Origin: a virus
Taxonomy: Duplodnaviria > Heunggongvirae > Uroviricota > Caudoviricetes
Virus record (IMG/VR): IMGVR_UViG_3300045988_152564
Strand: one strand, 5' to 3'
DNA length: 55,949 nt
The position numbers and the translations under genes were made by a program. Of this stretch, positions 1-9,083 are shown piece after piece. Under the pieces are notes generated by a model that had not been told where the DNA came from, searched no databases, and saw only the letters and a program-made list of their open reading frames with translations. Within the stretch, counting starts at the first letter, position 1, and every line of letters starts with the position of its first letter.

Positions 1-157
1 GCGTACCGGGTTGAGAAGCGGTGTAAGTGAACTGCAGTTGCCATGTTTTACGGCAGTGAGAGCAGAGATAGCGCTGATGTCCGGCGGTGCTTTTGCCGTT
101 ACGCACCACCCCGTCAGTAGCTGAACAGGAGGGACAGCTGATAGAAACAGAAGCCAC
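1..157 (-). CDS. insA: InsA of IS1, N-terminal part only (GTG start at 157)
   Basis: Minus-strand translation from 157 reads [52 protein letters not shown], matching remembered InsA. Confidence 0.85.
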   Translation of the reverse strand, partial: MASVSISCPSCSATDGVVRNGKSTAGHQRYLCSHCRKTWQLQFTYTASQPGT

Positions 158-212
158 TGGAGCACCTCAAAAACACCATCATACACTAAATCAGTAAGTT
201 GGCAGCATCACC
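1..212 (-). mobile_element. IS1 end fragment (terminal inverted repeat plus 5' part of insA), cut by the window edge
   Basis: Reverse complement of 190-212 is GGTGATGCTGCCAACTTACTGAT, the IS1 terminal repeat; the element continues past position 1. Confidence 0.85.
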
Positions 213-316
213 AAAAATGGAATTATGCACTGGCTTACTTAATGTTCAGTGAAACATTAAAATCTCCTTGATGTGGAAACAATCATTTTCTGTATGTGCT
301 GGTGGGTACCTGTAGT

Positions 317-679
317 TCAGCTTTCGTTGGCATTTAACTTCGTCTTTGCTTTCTCCACCAGCAACTTCCAGATGCCTATTTCATTAGCAGCCGCCTTGAT
401 GGCGGCATAAAAAGCATCTTGCTGATCGTAACGCTGAATCTGTTTTTTCAGTTTTGCCTCCACCAATTTAATTTCATTACGTGCTTTCTGAAGCCGCAGC
501 GCCGCCCGGTTACGTCTGTTCTTGTATAGCGCGTTAATCTCTGATAATTGCTTTAATTTACCAGCCTGACTGCGGATTATCGCCTCTCTGACTTCTGCCG
601 TGCGTCTCATCTGATCTCTTAAGAGTTCACCGTTTTCGATAATTCTTTCAAGGTGTTTGATGTGATCTGCAACTCTCAT
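317..679 (-). CDS. hypothetical protein (120 aa), first gene next to IS1
   Basis: ORF in track; start overlaps stop of upstream gene by 4 nt (676-679), suggesting translational coupling. Confidence 0.5.
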   Translation of the reverse strand: MRVADHIKHLERIIENGELLRDQMRRTAEVREAIIRSQAGKLKQLSEINALYKNRRNRAALRLQKARNEIKLVEAKLKKQIQRYDQQDAFYAAIKAAANEIGIWKLLVEKAKTKLNANES

Positions 680-1608
680 ACTTCACCCTCGCTTGTATCG
701 CCAGCATCCACCAGCGGCAATAAAGCCCTGGCCATCTTATGAACCAATAGTGCATCAATAATGCCAAGCGTATGCCCCGGCTTAATGTTTAATGCCGCCT
801 CAAGGTGACACCTTTCCAGGCCACTTTTCTCGGCTTGTTTATGATGATCTGGTGTAATAACGTCGCCCAAAACACGGCTAATTCTTTCTCGTAATTGCTG
901 GGTGCCAGCACACTTGATCGCTGTATCGTGGAGACGGTTAACCAGTTCGCGATAAACATGCGGCTTAATTCGGATACGTTCACCGGTGACGCCCTTTCCT
1001 GGTGCTGGCACCGAACTATCCGGAATATCCGGATAGTTGCCAGCCTCGTAAGCTACCCGCAGCCAGTGCATGAATGTTTCAGTGGACACACAACCACAGT
1101 CCACATCGATTTTCCCGCGTTGCTGTTCCAGCCATTGCCCAAAATCCAACCTGTAAGTCTTACTTTCAAGTTCATCACCATTGAACTCGACTTTCTGCGA
1201 CGCTATGAGAGCTGATTCGTATTGTTCGCGAGTGACAACTGACTGGTATTCATCGCTATCAAGGTCACCAATTGGAAGCTCAATCTCACAACAAAAATTG
1301 CGCCCAAAGAAAGTGTCTTTTTTGTGGTCTGAGCCAAAAGCAAAAGTCGCGCATGGTGCCATTAAATTGACACTGGGTAGGTAACAATAACTCATTCCAT
1401 CAGGCCACCCGCCGCACTTAGGCAGTTCCTTCACTAACAAGTCGATAAACTTCATTTTTTTATCATCTTTGCAAGCCGCCAAAGCCATTTGGGCAAGTGC
1501 CAATACTTCATCTGCCGTATATCCAGCACCGTGACCATACATTTCGATACGGGAAATAATCTCTGATATACGCTCTTCAGTGATTCTGGTCATTTCTTTT
1601 TGCGCCAT
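676..1608 (-). CDS. hypothetical protein (310 aa); alternative start at 1593 overlapping the upstream stop
   Basis: Long ORF in a co-oriented gene string; no motif recognised. Confidence 0.55.
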   Translation of the reverse strand: MAQKEMTRITEERISEIISRIEMYGHGAGYTADEVLALAQMALAACKDDKKMKFIDLLVKELPKCGGWPDGMSYCYLPSVNLMAPCATFAFGSDHKKDTFFGRNFCCEIELPIGDLDSDEYQSVVTREQYESALIASQKVEFNGDELESKTYRLDFGQWLEQQRGKIDVDCGCVSTETFMHWLRVAYEAGNYPDIPDSSVPAPGKGVTGERIRIKPHVYRELVNRLHDTAIKCAGTQQLRERISRVLGDVITPDHHKQAEKSGLERCHLEAALNIKPGHTLGIIDALLVHKMARALLPLVDAGDTSEGEV

Positions 1609-1964
1609 TTCTTTTCACATTCCTTAGTCCATTTTTCAATGTTCATTTTGGCAATATCAGTCATTCCATCACCTAAGAAATACTTTCTCCGGTACGTCTT
1701 GCACTTAAACCACACTACAACAGCCACCAGCCAGAAAATAAAAGGCCATACAGCAATACCAACTCCAGCCGCGATAAAGCCCAATAGCCATAAATGAAGC
1801 TCTCCAACTTCTGTTTGCGGCAATATTCTTAAAGAATTAAGCAGCAGACTGAAGGAATAGTCGTATGCATTGGCGGTATAAGACATGCAATCCATATAAT
1901 TAAAGTCATAGCCTGCGGCTGCCGCCCATAATGGGCGGTCAAGAAAATGTTTTAGTGTCATCAT
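1590..1964 (-). CDS. small membrane protein (124 aa)
   Basis: Hydrophobic stretch LWLLGFIAAGVGIAVWPFIFWLVAVVVWF followed by basic tail. Confidence 0.5.
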   Translation of the reverse strand: MMTLKHFLDRPLWAAAAGYDFNYMDCMSYTANAYDYSFSLLLNSLRILPQTEVGELHLWLLGFIAAGVGIAVWPFIFWLVAVVVWFKCKTYRRKYFLGDGMTDIAKMNIEKWTKECEKKWRKKK

Positions 1965-1970
1965 ATAAAT

Positions 1971-2360
1971 TTAAGGTTCAGACCAGTTATCTTCAATAGC
2001 AATGCTTAATCTTTGTAGCCATTCTGCTAATTTCAGCATTGCTTCTCTTTCGCTTAAACCACGAGGAAAATCATCAAGCGAAATTGTTGGCTTGAAGCCC
2101 CCGTAATTATCTATTTCAACAGTCAGATTTTGCTCCAGCACGGTATTCCTTACGCGGCTATTGTGCCGAAGCAAATATACTGAACGTGATTTATTGGTTT
2201 TATGGTCAAACTGATATTCGGTAAGTATCATCTGGCTTTTGCCATGACTATTACCTCTCCACATACTTACCTCACTTAATAAAACAACTCCATGCGTAGT
2301 TGATGATTTTTTCCCACGTAATATAAATCTGCACTCCGGCAGTAAAACCAAAGCCAACAA
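1971..2360 (-). CDS. hypothetical protein (129 aa or shorter)
   Basis: ORF in co-oriented string; no motif recognised. Confidence 0.4.
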   Translation of the reverse strand: MLALVLLPECRFILRGKKSSTTHGVVLLSEVSMWRGNSHGKSQMILTEYQFDHKTNKSRSVYLLRHNSRVRNTVLEQNLTVEIDNYGGFKPTISLDDFPRGLSEREAMLKLAEWLQRLSIAIEDNWSEP

Positions 2361-2442
2361 TTGCTGAAAAAATCAAAACATTTACTTTTGACATTATAAA
2401 TTTTCTCTCGGTGTCGTAGGTGATAGCACCATAATTGATAAT

Positions 2443-2694
2443 TTAGTGAGTTAGCAGTTCCATTTTTTGGATGATTTCCGCATGAGCATCATCGTTATCA
2501 ACACTTAACTCGTTTAATGCCTCTCGCACTACATCAACTTCTTCTGGTTGGAAGAAGTCATCTCGGTAGTCACCAAATAGAACCGAAACAAGCCTGCCAC
2601 CAGCAACATCAAGATTGGCGCTAACAGGTGGCTCTTTGCCATCCTCAAATTCGACTACAAAAGTTATTTTTCCCATCGTTACCACCAGCGACAA
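2443..2694 (-). CDS. hypothetical acidic protein (83 aa)
   Basis: ORF in co-oriented string. Confidence 0.4.
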   Translation of the reverse strand: MSLVVTMGKITFVVEFEDGKEPPVSANLDVAGGRLVSVLFGDYRDDFFQPEEVDVVREALNELSVDNDDAHAEIIQKMELLTH

Positions 2695-2758
2695 ATTGAA
2701 TACAAACCCAGTGCTGCCGCCATCACAATTCCTACCGTGGTGAATGCTTCAGGCCAGC

Positions 2759-3646
2759 TCATTGATTCACCTCCTGCGGCGGTTCTGGTAGCGGCATCCA
2801 GAACAAGGCGTTCCCTAACCACGATAAAGTGCCGTCGCTCAACTCCACGTATTCCCCTTGCACCTGGCCTGCCATATACTCGCCGTGCTTTGAATAAATT
2901 AAAATCCAATCATCTTGAGCGGGCATTCGCTCACTACAGCTTATCCAACTATCCGGAGTTACCGGAGAGTTGCCAGCCAGTCTACGCAAAACAGCCTTAA
3001 CAGCCTCAATACGGTCATCATCGCAATTTTCCAGCGTATCTATGCGGTCGAGCATGATGATGGCGTTATCAATATCAGGATTGCCAGTCCACTCATTACC
3101 GCGATTGGATTCGGCAGCCTGGTTGCCAGATGCTGGCTGATTGTCGGCTTGGCTATAGCTAACAGCACGGCAGGCATCCTCTACGTTCTTCACTGCATCT
3201 GCGCAGTAGTTATAGCGATTGCATTCCACTAACTTCTGCTTGAGATTTTCAATTGCTTGCGCGACATCAGCCTGTATTGGCGGAACGGCTGTTTGCTCTC
3301 GAACGTCATTAGTCGCTATCGGTTCTGCTGCCAACTGACTGGCATATTTGTTAATGGTAACGATAAGCTCTTGCTCGGCCTCATCCAGACAATCACCGAT
3401 ACCTCGCCTGTCACCGTCAAAATCATCGAAATCGGCACGAATCCTGGCAACCTCCCGGATTGCGGACAACACTTCACCAGGAATAAGCGGAGAGTTGCCC
3501 GATAGTACATTCTGCTCCAGCGATGCCAGAGCAATTCGTGCCAGTTCTTCCGCTTCTTCTGCTGGCAGTACAACGTTGCTACCAGGTCCGTATGTTTCGC
3601 GCCACTGCCTGATTGTCAGCAGTCGCTCTTTGGTAATAGTGGTCAT
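2759..3646 (-). CDS. DUF551-type prophage protein (295 aa)
   Basis: C-terminus WISCSERMPAQDDWILIYSKHGEYMAGQ...LFWMPLPEPP resembles the DUF551 domain common in lambdoid prophages. Confidence 0.6.
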   Translation of the reverse strand: MTTITKERLLTIRQWRETYGPGSNVVLPAEEAEELARIALASLEQNVLSGNSPLIPGEVLSAIREVARIRADFDDFDGDRRGIGDCLDEAEQELIVTINKYASQLAAEPIATNDVREQTAVPPIQADVAQAIENLKQKLVECNRYNYCADAVKNVEDACRAVSYSQADNQPASGNQAAESNRGNEWTGNPDIDNAIIMLDRIDTLENCDDDRIEAVKAVLRRLAGNSPVTPDSWISCSERMPAQDDWILIYSKHGEYMAGQVQGEYVELSDGTLSWLGNALFWMPLPEPPQEVNQ

Positions 3647-3656
3647 GTGTTAGTCC

Positions 3657-3962
3657 TTATCCTGCTGTACTTTCAACTGATGAGGGGAATAAAATCTTTT
3701 CATCAAATCCGGCATTCATATCATGAACAGCAACACACCAATCCATTGACGAACGATTATCAAGAGCCTCCATGATTTCATCCATGCGGCGCAGGTCATA
3801 CAGGTAAATGCTTTTATCGCCAATGGTGTAAAAACCAATTTTTTTCGGTGATGGGCAGCGATCAAGAACGTCCTGTAATTCGCTCAACCATGCTTGTTCT
3901 TTTTTTGTCAAAGTTGCCATATCACTCTCCTTTGATGCCAATGCCAGCGGCGCGGGAATCAT
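3657..3962 (-). CDS. hypothetical protein (likely starts at 3920, MATLTKKEQ)
   Basis: ORF in track; internal ATG removes overlap with upstream gene. Confidence 0.4.
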   Translation of the reverse strand: MIPAPLALASKESDMATLTKKEQAWLSELQDVLDRCPSPKKIGFYTIGDKSIYLYDLRRMDEIMEALDNRSSMDWCVAVHDMNAGFDEKILFPSSVESTAG

Positions 3963-4479
3963 CCCATCGCTTTACTTCTTCACGAATTACGTCAATGCAT
4001 TCTTTCGAATCCATTAGGTAATCTTCATCAAAAAGACGTTCCTGTTCGTTTTCTATCGCAACAATGATTGCTTCAACTAACTTTTGTGCCTGAGAACCAC
4101 TTTCTAACTCTGCTATGCGCTTACTCCCATCAGAGATAACACCTTCGTAATACTCACGCTGCTCGTTGAGTTTTGATTTTGCTGCTTCCAGCTCAACGCG
4201 CAACTTCCCTACCGTTAGTGCAATATCCTCGTTCTCCTGGTCGCGGGATTTGATGTATTGCTGGTTCCTTTCCCGTTCATCCAGTAGTGCCAAAGCAATC
4301 TTTGGATTAAAGGCAGCAATAAATTCAGCGTTGTTTTTCAGAACGTGTTGCGCAATGGCCTGACTACTTAGTCGGACCTCATAACCACGTGCGCCACGGT
4401 GTGGTTTATATGAGTCCCAGTCTCCCCACGTTGCCTTCTCTGCCGCCTCACGCAGTGCCTGATAGTCAATCTTGTTCAT
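3922..4479 (-). CDS. Ead/Ea22-like protein (185 aa)
   Basis: N-terminus MNKIDYQALREAAEKATWGDW typical of Ead/Ea22-like prophage proteins; central coiled coil. Confidence 0.6.
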   Translation of the reverse strand: MNKIDYQALREAAEKATWGDWDSYKPHRGARGYEVRLSSQAIAQHVLKNNAEFIAAFNPKIALALLDERERNQQYIKSRDQENEDIALTVGKLRVELEAAKSKLNEQREYYEGVISDGSKRIAELESGSQAQKLVEAIIVAIENEQERLFDEDYLMDSKECIDVIREEVKRWDDSRAAGIGIKGE

Positions 4480-4480
4480 G

Positions 4481-4813
4481 TCACATCACCCTGAATCCGT
4501 TGCATTTACGTAAGAAATCGCAGATATAGCCCTTCATTTTTTCATGCCAATCTCGATCATTCCCATTGCACCAACCATCAGGTGGAGTCCAGTTTTCTAT
4601 CAGAGCAGCCATTTTCTTTGCTTTCGCCGGAGTAGCTGTTGCGGTATCGCAGTAATGACGAGTGTCAACCAACGCATCCATACCATCGATATCAAGTACG
4701 CAAAACCATGTGTGATTCGGAATTCCTACAGGTGGTATTTGTTGCCCACGTCGACGTTTATCAATAAGATATACACTCACTGCTTGCCTCCTTTGCGAAT
4801 CTGTTCCGCCCAT
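4481..4813 (-). CDS. hypothetical protein (110 aa)
   Basis: ORF in co-oriented string, Cys/His-rich. Confidence 0.45.
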   Translation of the reverse strand: MGGTDSQRRQAVSVYLIDKRRRGQQIPPVGIPNHTWFCVLDIDGMDALVDTRHYCDTATATPAKAKKMAALIENWTPPDGWCNGNDRDWHEKMKGYICDFLRKCNGFRVM

Positions 4814-5502
4814 TCTTCAAGGGATTTCTCCGCATATTCACCGGACAGGCCATCAATCGGATGCGGTTCATTAGCCAACTCTTCTTTCGCTGACAAAATC
4901 ATGCGTGTAACGTCGAAAACTTCACGCAAAGATTTATTGATAAATCCGTGATTGAACGCAGCAGCAAGACGGCTGGCGGTATAGTTAATCCCCTCGTTGC
5001 GTGCTTCCGCACGAATTTCAGCCAGAAAAGCATCGGTGGCTGAAATATTTCCTGTTGCCTTCATGGCCCCCAAAATAACCAGAACGCCATCTCGCCCAAC
5101 CTCCTCAGCGATAACCTCGGTGTTGTCGCCAACAACATCGCAGAATGCCTGAACTGCCTTACGAGCCAGCTCATTCTCCGCCGCCAGCGCCGCGCACTTG
5201 GCCTCAAGAGCGGCAACCACTTCCTGATGGTCTTTGTACTTAACGTATGAGCCGGAGATGTCATCACCTTCGGTGTTTAGCCATGCGTCATTGCAATTCA
5301 CTGCGTAGGTTCTGATGCTCATGTTGATGCTCTCCCGCCCCTGACAGACGCTAGGCCAGTCAATAAAGTATCCGCAATGCCTACCCTCAGACGTGCGCGC
5401 AGGATAAATGCCGTTATGACCCGGCAAAATATATGCTACCCATTCATCTTGCGTTGCCTGTTTCGCCGCCTCGCGCAGTTCTTTATAGTTAATTTCGCTC
5501 AC
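4777..5502 (-). CDS. Ead/Ea22-like protein (241 aa), paralogue of 3922..4479
   Basis: N-terminus MSEINYKELREAAKQATQDEW; C-terminal tail EQIRKGGKQ. Confidence 0.6.
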   Translation of the reverse strand: MSEINYKELREAAKQATQDEWVAYILPGHNGIYPARTSEGRHCGYFIDWPSVCQGRESINMSIRTYAVNCNDAWLNTEGDDISGSYVKYKDHQEVVAALEAKCAALAAENELARKAVQAFCDVVGDNTEVIAEEVGRDGVLVILGAMKATGNISATDAFLAEIRAEARNEGINYTASRLAAAFNHGFINKSLREVFDVTRMILSAKEELANEPHPIDGLSGEYAEKSLEEWAEQIRKGGKQ

Positions 5503-5738
5503 TGGTTGCCTCCTTTACGGATCTGCGCTGCGATGCGCGAAAAAAAAGACTCCCGCGTATGACTGTTAAGAGCTGGCGCGAACGCTGCGTTAAGAACAGC
5601 AGCATCACAGCCGTCATCAATATAGAGCGCAATTTTTTTCTCCAGGCGCGCTTTGGCTTCCTGCAACTGCATACCCCGGCACGCACGCGGGATATAATCA
5701 GCAATTTGAGCGATAGCCTTTTCGTTCTGTTTAAACAT
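5499..5738 (-). CDS. small protein (79 aa) sharing the Ea22-like C-terminal tail
   Basis: C-terminus AAQIRKGGNQ parallels EQIRKGGKQ of 4777..5502. Confidence 0.4.
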   Translation of the reverse strand: MFKQNEKAIAQIADYIPRACRGMQLQEAKARLEKKIALYIDDGCDAAVLNAAFAPALNSHTRESFFSRIAAQIRKGGNQ

Positions 5739-5934
5739 GCTTCACCTCGATAGGCTTGATGGTGTCTAACAGCAGTCGGCGGCGCGTATTTTCTGCAAAA
5801 TGGCGGCGTCCAGTTTCTTTGTGGTAAAACTCGTTTTTGCCGACGACCCACATCCGCTCTGTTTGGTGCAGTTTTTTTACCTGCGGACCGTCTTTGGTGA
5901 TCACGGTGCCGGTATGGGTTTTTACGATTGTCAT
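5731..5934 (-). CDS. hypothetical small basic protein (67 aa)
   Basis: ORF in track, overlaps downstream start by 8 nt. Confidence 0.4.
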   Translation of the reverse strand: MTIVKTHTGTVITKDGPQVKKLHQTERMWVVGKNEFYHKETGRRHFAENTRRRLLLDTIKPIEVKHV

Positions 5935-6017
5935 GCCACTACCTATTCGAACAGATGAACGAGACAGGCCGATGCTCGTCCACCTGAAAAACTGACGATT
6001 TGATGCATACTCACGGT

Positions 6018-6746
6018 TTATTCCTGAATGCGCTTAAACTCGATTACCCACACCCAGGGATTAGCGTTCCAGCTTTCTTCACCATAGATGGATTCCCACA
6101 GACGCTGGAACGCAACCTTGGCCATTGCGAAATCCCCCTTGGGAGTAAGGAATGTTCCCGGGTGATCAGGAAGCAAACTTCCAGCAGGCGGAACGCCCTC
6201 ATCCCTTGCATCGCATTCGCTGATATCGTTCAACCGCTCAACGCGCACGTTGGTAATTTCCAACAGGATGCGTGATGCCCATCGCGGCATGTGAATTGAT
6301 GGACGCCACCCACCATCAAACTTTTCATTCACAGTGTGAGGTTTCCAGTCGGCATCATCGGGTATCGACCATAAACCGTAATCACCAGGCTTTTGCTCAC
6401 AACTGGCCCGATAAATCCTTGCTGCGTTCTTCTCATCGCCACGACAAAGGTTGTCGTTCCAGTCCACACTGCAACCATCTTCATTGCCTAATATCGCCCA
6501 TGTTTCACGAACCCAAATTCGATCGCCGACGATACCAAAGGGGCAATTGAAAACACTGCTTACACCATCAGCCCCGTACCACTGAAAACCTGCACCAATT
6601 TCCCTAACCATCACTGGTGCTTCTGGACCAACTTCCGCAGGCTGATTTTTCATTATCCGCCGCGTCTGCGTTTTCCTTCCTTCGAGGATGGCTCGGACCA
6701 TCTCATCGTTGAAAATCATGCCGCGCTCTTTCACTTCGCCTTTCAT
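6018..6746 (-). CDS. hypothetical protein, possibly ASCH-like N-terminal domain (242 aa)
   Basis: N-terminal MIFNDEMVRAILEGRKTQTRR pattern resembles ASCH-type domains; assignment from memory only. Confidence 0.45.
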   Translation of the reverse strand: MKGEVKERGMIFNDEMVRAILEGRKTQTRRIMKNQPAEVGPEAPVMVREIGAGFQWYGADGVSSVFNCPFGIVGDRIWVRETWAILGNEDGCSVDWNDNLCRGDEKNAARIYRASCEQKPGDYGLWSIPDDADWKPHTVNEKFDGGWRPSIHMPRWASRILLEITNVRVERLNDISECDARDEGVPPAGSLLPDHPGTFLTPKGDFAMAKVAFQRLWESIYGEESWNANPWVWVIEFKRIQE

Positions 6747-6923
6747 GCATCCCCCTTACCCATGCGCGACGATGCCGCCAAAAGTGATAGAGAACAGCCA
6801 GAAATAGATCGCGGCCATAATGATTTTGAATGCCGTGTTCATATTTTCAGCTCCTGTGATTGATTGGATACATGCCGCGCCTTACGGCATGTTTTTATTT
6901 TCACTTTCTCTGTTTTAAAAATC

Positions 6924-6940
6924 AAGATTTATTAGAGCAA
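6924..6940 (-). promoter_or_regulatory. C1-operator-like 17-mer (reverse complement ATTGCTCTAATAAATCT)
   Basis: 16/17 match to the P1 C1 operator consensus ATTGCTCTAATAAATTT; lies upstream of the 6018..6746 gene string. Confidence 0.6.
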
Positions 6941-7447
6941 TTATTGTTGATGGAGAAGCGCGTTTTCATACTCCCTGACCATTAACGTAAGTACGCCGTG
7001 ACTCCTGAAAACACGCGCCACTTCAATCTTATCTTCCAGCGCGAACGCAATTTTACTTAGACCAATTTTCTTCAGGAGATCAATCTTTGCTGGACCGTCA
7101 TTTCTGTCATCGGTGGCAGGACGCATAGATAGCAAAGGCTCCGCCCCATTTGTTACGTGCTTACGCAACCAGGCTCGTGTTTTATCCCTGGCTATCTCAC
7201 AGCGCCCGGTTACAAACCAGAGGGTGTAAATGCCGGACAACTGGCGCACCATATCAATAACTGGAGTGATGGGAGCATCAGTGTCACAGGCAAGGTTAAA
7301 CTCGTTCCAGTGCTCTGTTAATGCACCTTTGCCAGGTGGTGGAAGTAAATGCAGCCTGTCTTCCGTTGCCTCTGATATCGTCCCATCAATATCTACTATG
7401 ACGATGTACGGACGTTCCTGGTGTGCGTGTTTATTGAAAATACTCAA
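6941..7447 (-). CDS. HAD-superfamily phosphatase-like protein (168 aa)
   Basis: N-terminal IVIVDIDGTIS (DxDGT motif I of HAD hydrolases). Confidence 0.6.
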   Translation of the reverse strand: MSIFNKHAHQERPYIVIVDIDGTISEATEDRLHLLPPPGKGALTEHWNEFNLACDTDAPITPVIDMVRQLSGIYTLWFVTGRCEIARDKTRAWLRKHVTNGAEPLLSMRPATDDRNDGPAKIDLLKKIGLSKIAFALEDKIEVARVFRSHGVLTLMVREYENALLHQQ

Positions 7448-7519
7448 ATGCCCTCCTCATTGGACGAAAAAAATGCTGGTGGGAGCACTCCACCAGCATT
7501 AAAAGTGACACTGTAACTA

Positions 7520-8782
7520 TCAGCGAACGTAAATAGTGCCGCCGTTCTCTTTTTCCCATGCATCGCTACGTGCATAGCAAACATCGAGAAGTCTTCTTGC
7601 CGCAGTTTCCTCTAAACCCAATTCGACAACCAACTGCTCATGACGGCGGGTAACCACATCAAACAGGGTATGCAGCCCTTTAGTTGCCAGATCATCAATG
7701 AATTCCGGTTCGAACGGCAGCTCTGCATCTGCCAACATAACCTCTTGCGCCCACTCAACTCGACGGACCAATTCCGGGCGACGGCTTTCCATCTCTTTAC
7801 AGATCAATTCATGGAAGAACTCTACCCAACCTTCCGGCTGGAACTCGCGGAAAATTGCCAACGGCTGGAAGTTTGGCATCAACCATTCGTTGATTCGGAT
7901 ATCAATGGCATAGCCCATGTCGCAGCAGAACTGATAAGCAAAGTCCAGCTTAGAAACGATATAAGGACGCTCGTTATTGAACTCTTTAGGCGATGAGATC
8001 CCATAAGCCAGGAGGCGCGGGAAGAAGGAGATTTGCCCTAACGTCGGATGAAGTTTGCTTGCAGGGAAACGGCGCTCAGTAATGCCATACATTTCCTTCT
8101 TGAGCGTCGCAAATTTGGCATTCTCATTAACCAGCGCGGTAACCTCTGCTTTTTTATTAGCAAATGCCACGCGCGCCTCGCTTGCATCTTTAATAGTTTT
8201 TTTGAGCTGTTGGTTAAGGTCGGCGACCTGCTTACGCAGTTCCTGTCGCTCGCTTTTAGCTTTGTTATAGCGTTTCTCAAGGTTAAAAGGATCAAGTTTC
8301 ATGATCTCTTTATATTGAGATTTTAGCGTTGAAATCTGTGAGTTCCGCAGTTCAACCATCGCGGTCATTTCATTGAGTTTTGTTTCCAGCTCAATGCTTA
8401 TACGTTCGGCATTATCAGCACGCTGGTTGGCGTCATGCGTCGCATCGTCGATCGCGTCCTGTTGCTGGCGTTTCAAATGTTCAATTTGCAGCTGAAGCTC
8501 TTCAATTTCTTTACCCTTCAGACCGAGATCCAACTGCATATTTTCAGCTGCATCTACCAGGGAGTTATGGCTATCAGCTTCTGCGTTATAAACATCAATA
8601 AGCTGTGCGTGAAGCATCTCCGCTGACTGAACCGCATTATCAAAAAAACGCGCTGTGAGGTCATCACAACTAACGCGGCGTTGCGCGGCCCGGATGTTCT
8701 GGATAATGGCCGGGATACCGGCATTCAGGACGTCAGGGATAGATACATTTTCGATTGATTGGTTTTGTGCTGAAGTGATCAT
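7520..8782 (-). CDS. coiled-coil protein with unknown C-terminal domain (420 aa)
   Basis: About 230 aa of heptad-like charged sequence (QLQIEHLKRQQQ...) followed by a globular C-terminus. Confidence 0.55.
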   Translation of the reverse strand: MITSAQNQSIENVSIPDVLNAGIPAIIQNIRAAQRRVSCDDLTARFFDNAVQSAEMLHAQLIDVYNAEADSHNSLVDAAENMQLDLGLKGKEIEELQLQIEHLKRQQQDAIDDATHDANQRADNAERISIELETKLNEMTAMVELRNSQISTLKSQYKEIMKLDPFNLEKRYNKAKSERQELRKQVADLNQQLKKTIKDASEARVAFANKKAEVTALVNENAKFATLKKEMYGITERRFPASKLHPTLGQISFFPRLLAYGISSPKEFNNERPYIVSKLDFAYQFCCDMGYAIDIRINEWLMPNFQPLAIFREFQPEGWVEFFHELICKEMESRRPELVRRVEWAQEVMLADAELPFEPEFIDDLATKGLHTLFDVVTRRHEQLVVELGLEETAARRLLDVCYARSDAWEKENGGTIYVR

Positions 8783-8783
8783 T

Positions 8784-9002
8784 TCAAAGTTCCGTATTAG
8801 CTTGTGCTTCGGTCATTTTTCCTAAGTATGAAGGAGGAAGGACTACGCAATTTGTATCCAGTCCCTCACCTATGGCAGCCTGTAAAATTCTGGCTAAGGT
8901 GAGTCTCTTGTTGCGATACCTGGTGATGACATGCCTGATACCGCCGGTCGGCGTAACAAAGGCGATCAGCCAGTAGTGATATTTCCGTCGGAATGGCCAC
9001 AT
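8784..9002 (-). CDS. small protein (72 aa), first gene behind the double operator
   Basis: ORF starts ~15 bp downstream of operator 9017..9033; stop abuts start of the 420-aa gene. Confidence 0.4.
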   Translation of the reverse strand: MWPFRRKYHYWLIAFVTPTGGIRHVITRYRNKRLTLARILQAAIGEGLDTNCVVLPPSYLGKMTEAQANTEL

Positions 9003-9016
9003 AGTGCACCTTGTAG

Positions 9017-9033
9017 ATTGCTCTAATAAAAAA
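9017..9033 (+). promoter_or_regulatory. C1-operator-like 17-mer ATTGCTCTAATAAAAAA
   Basis: 15/17 match to consensus; forms an inverted pair with 9066..9082. Confidence 0.6.
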
Positions 9034-9053
9034 CGTGATGAGTGTACATCACG
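9027..9053 (-). terminator. putative rho-independent terminator between the paired operators
   Basis: 6-bp arms CGTGAT/ATCACG (9034-9053); on the minus strand the hairpin is followed by a T-run. Confidence 0.4.
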
Positions 9054-9065
9054 TTTTAAAAATAT

Positions 9066-9082
9066 GGAATTATTAGAGCAAT
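9066..9082 (-). promoter_or_regulatory. C1-operator-like site, inverted partner of 9017..9033
   Basis: aattattagagcaat at 9068-9082; reverse complement ATTGCTCTAATAATT. Confidence 0.6.
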
Positions 9083-9083
9083 A

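Noticed and set aside
789-1384. ORFs 789..983 (-), 895..1215 (+), 1181..1384 (+) inside the 310-aa gene
   Set aside because: Nested or antisense to a longer ORF in the consistent leftward gene string; no start signals
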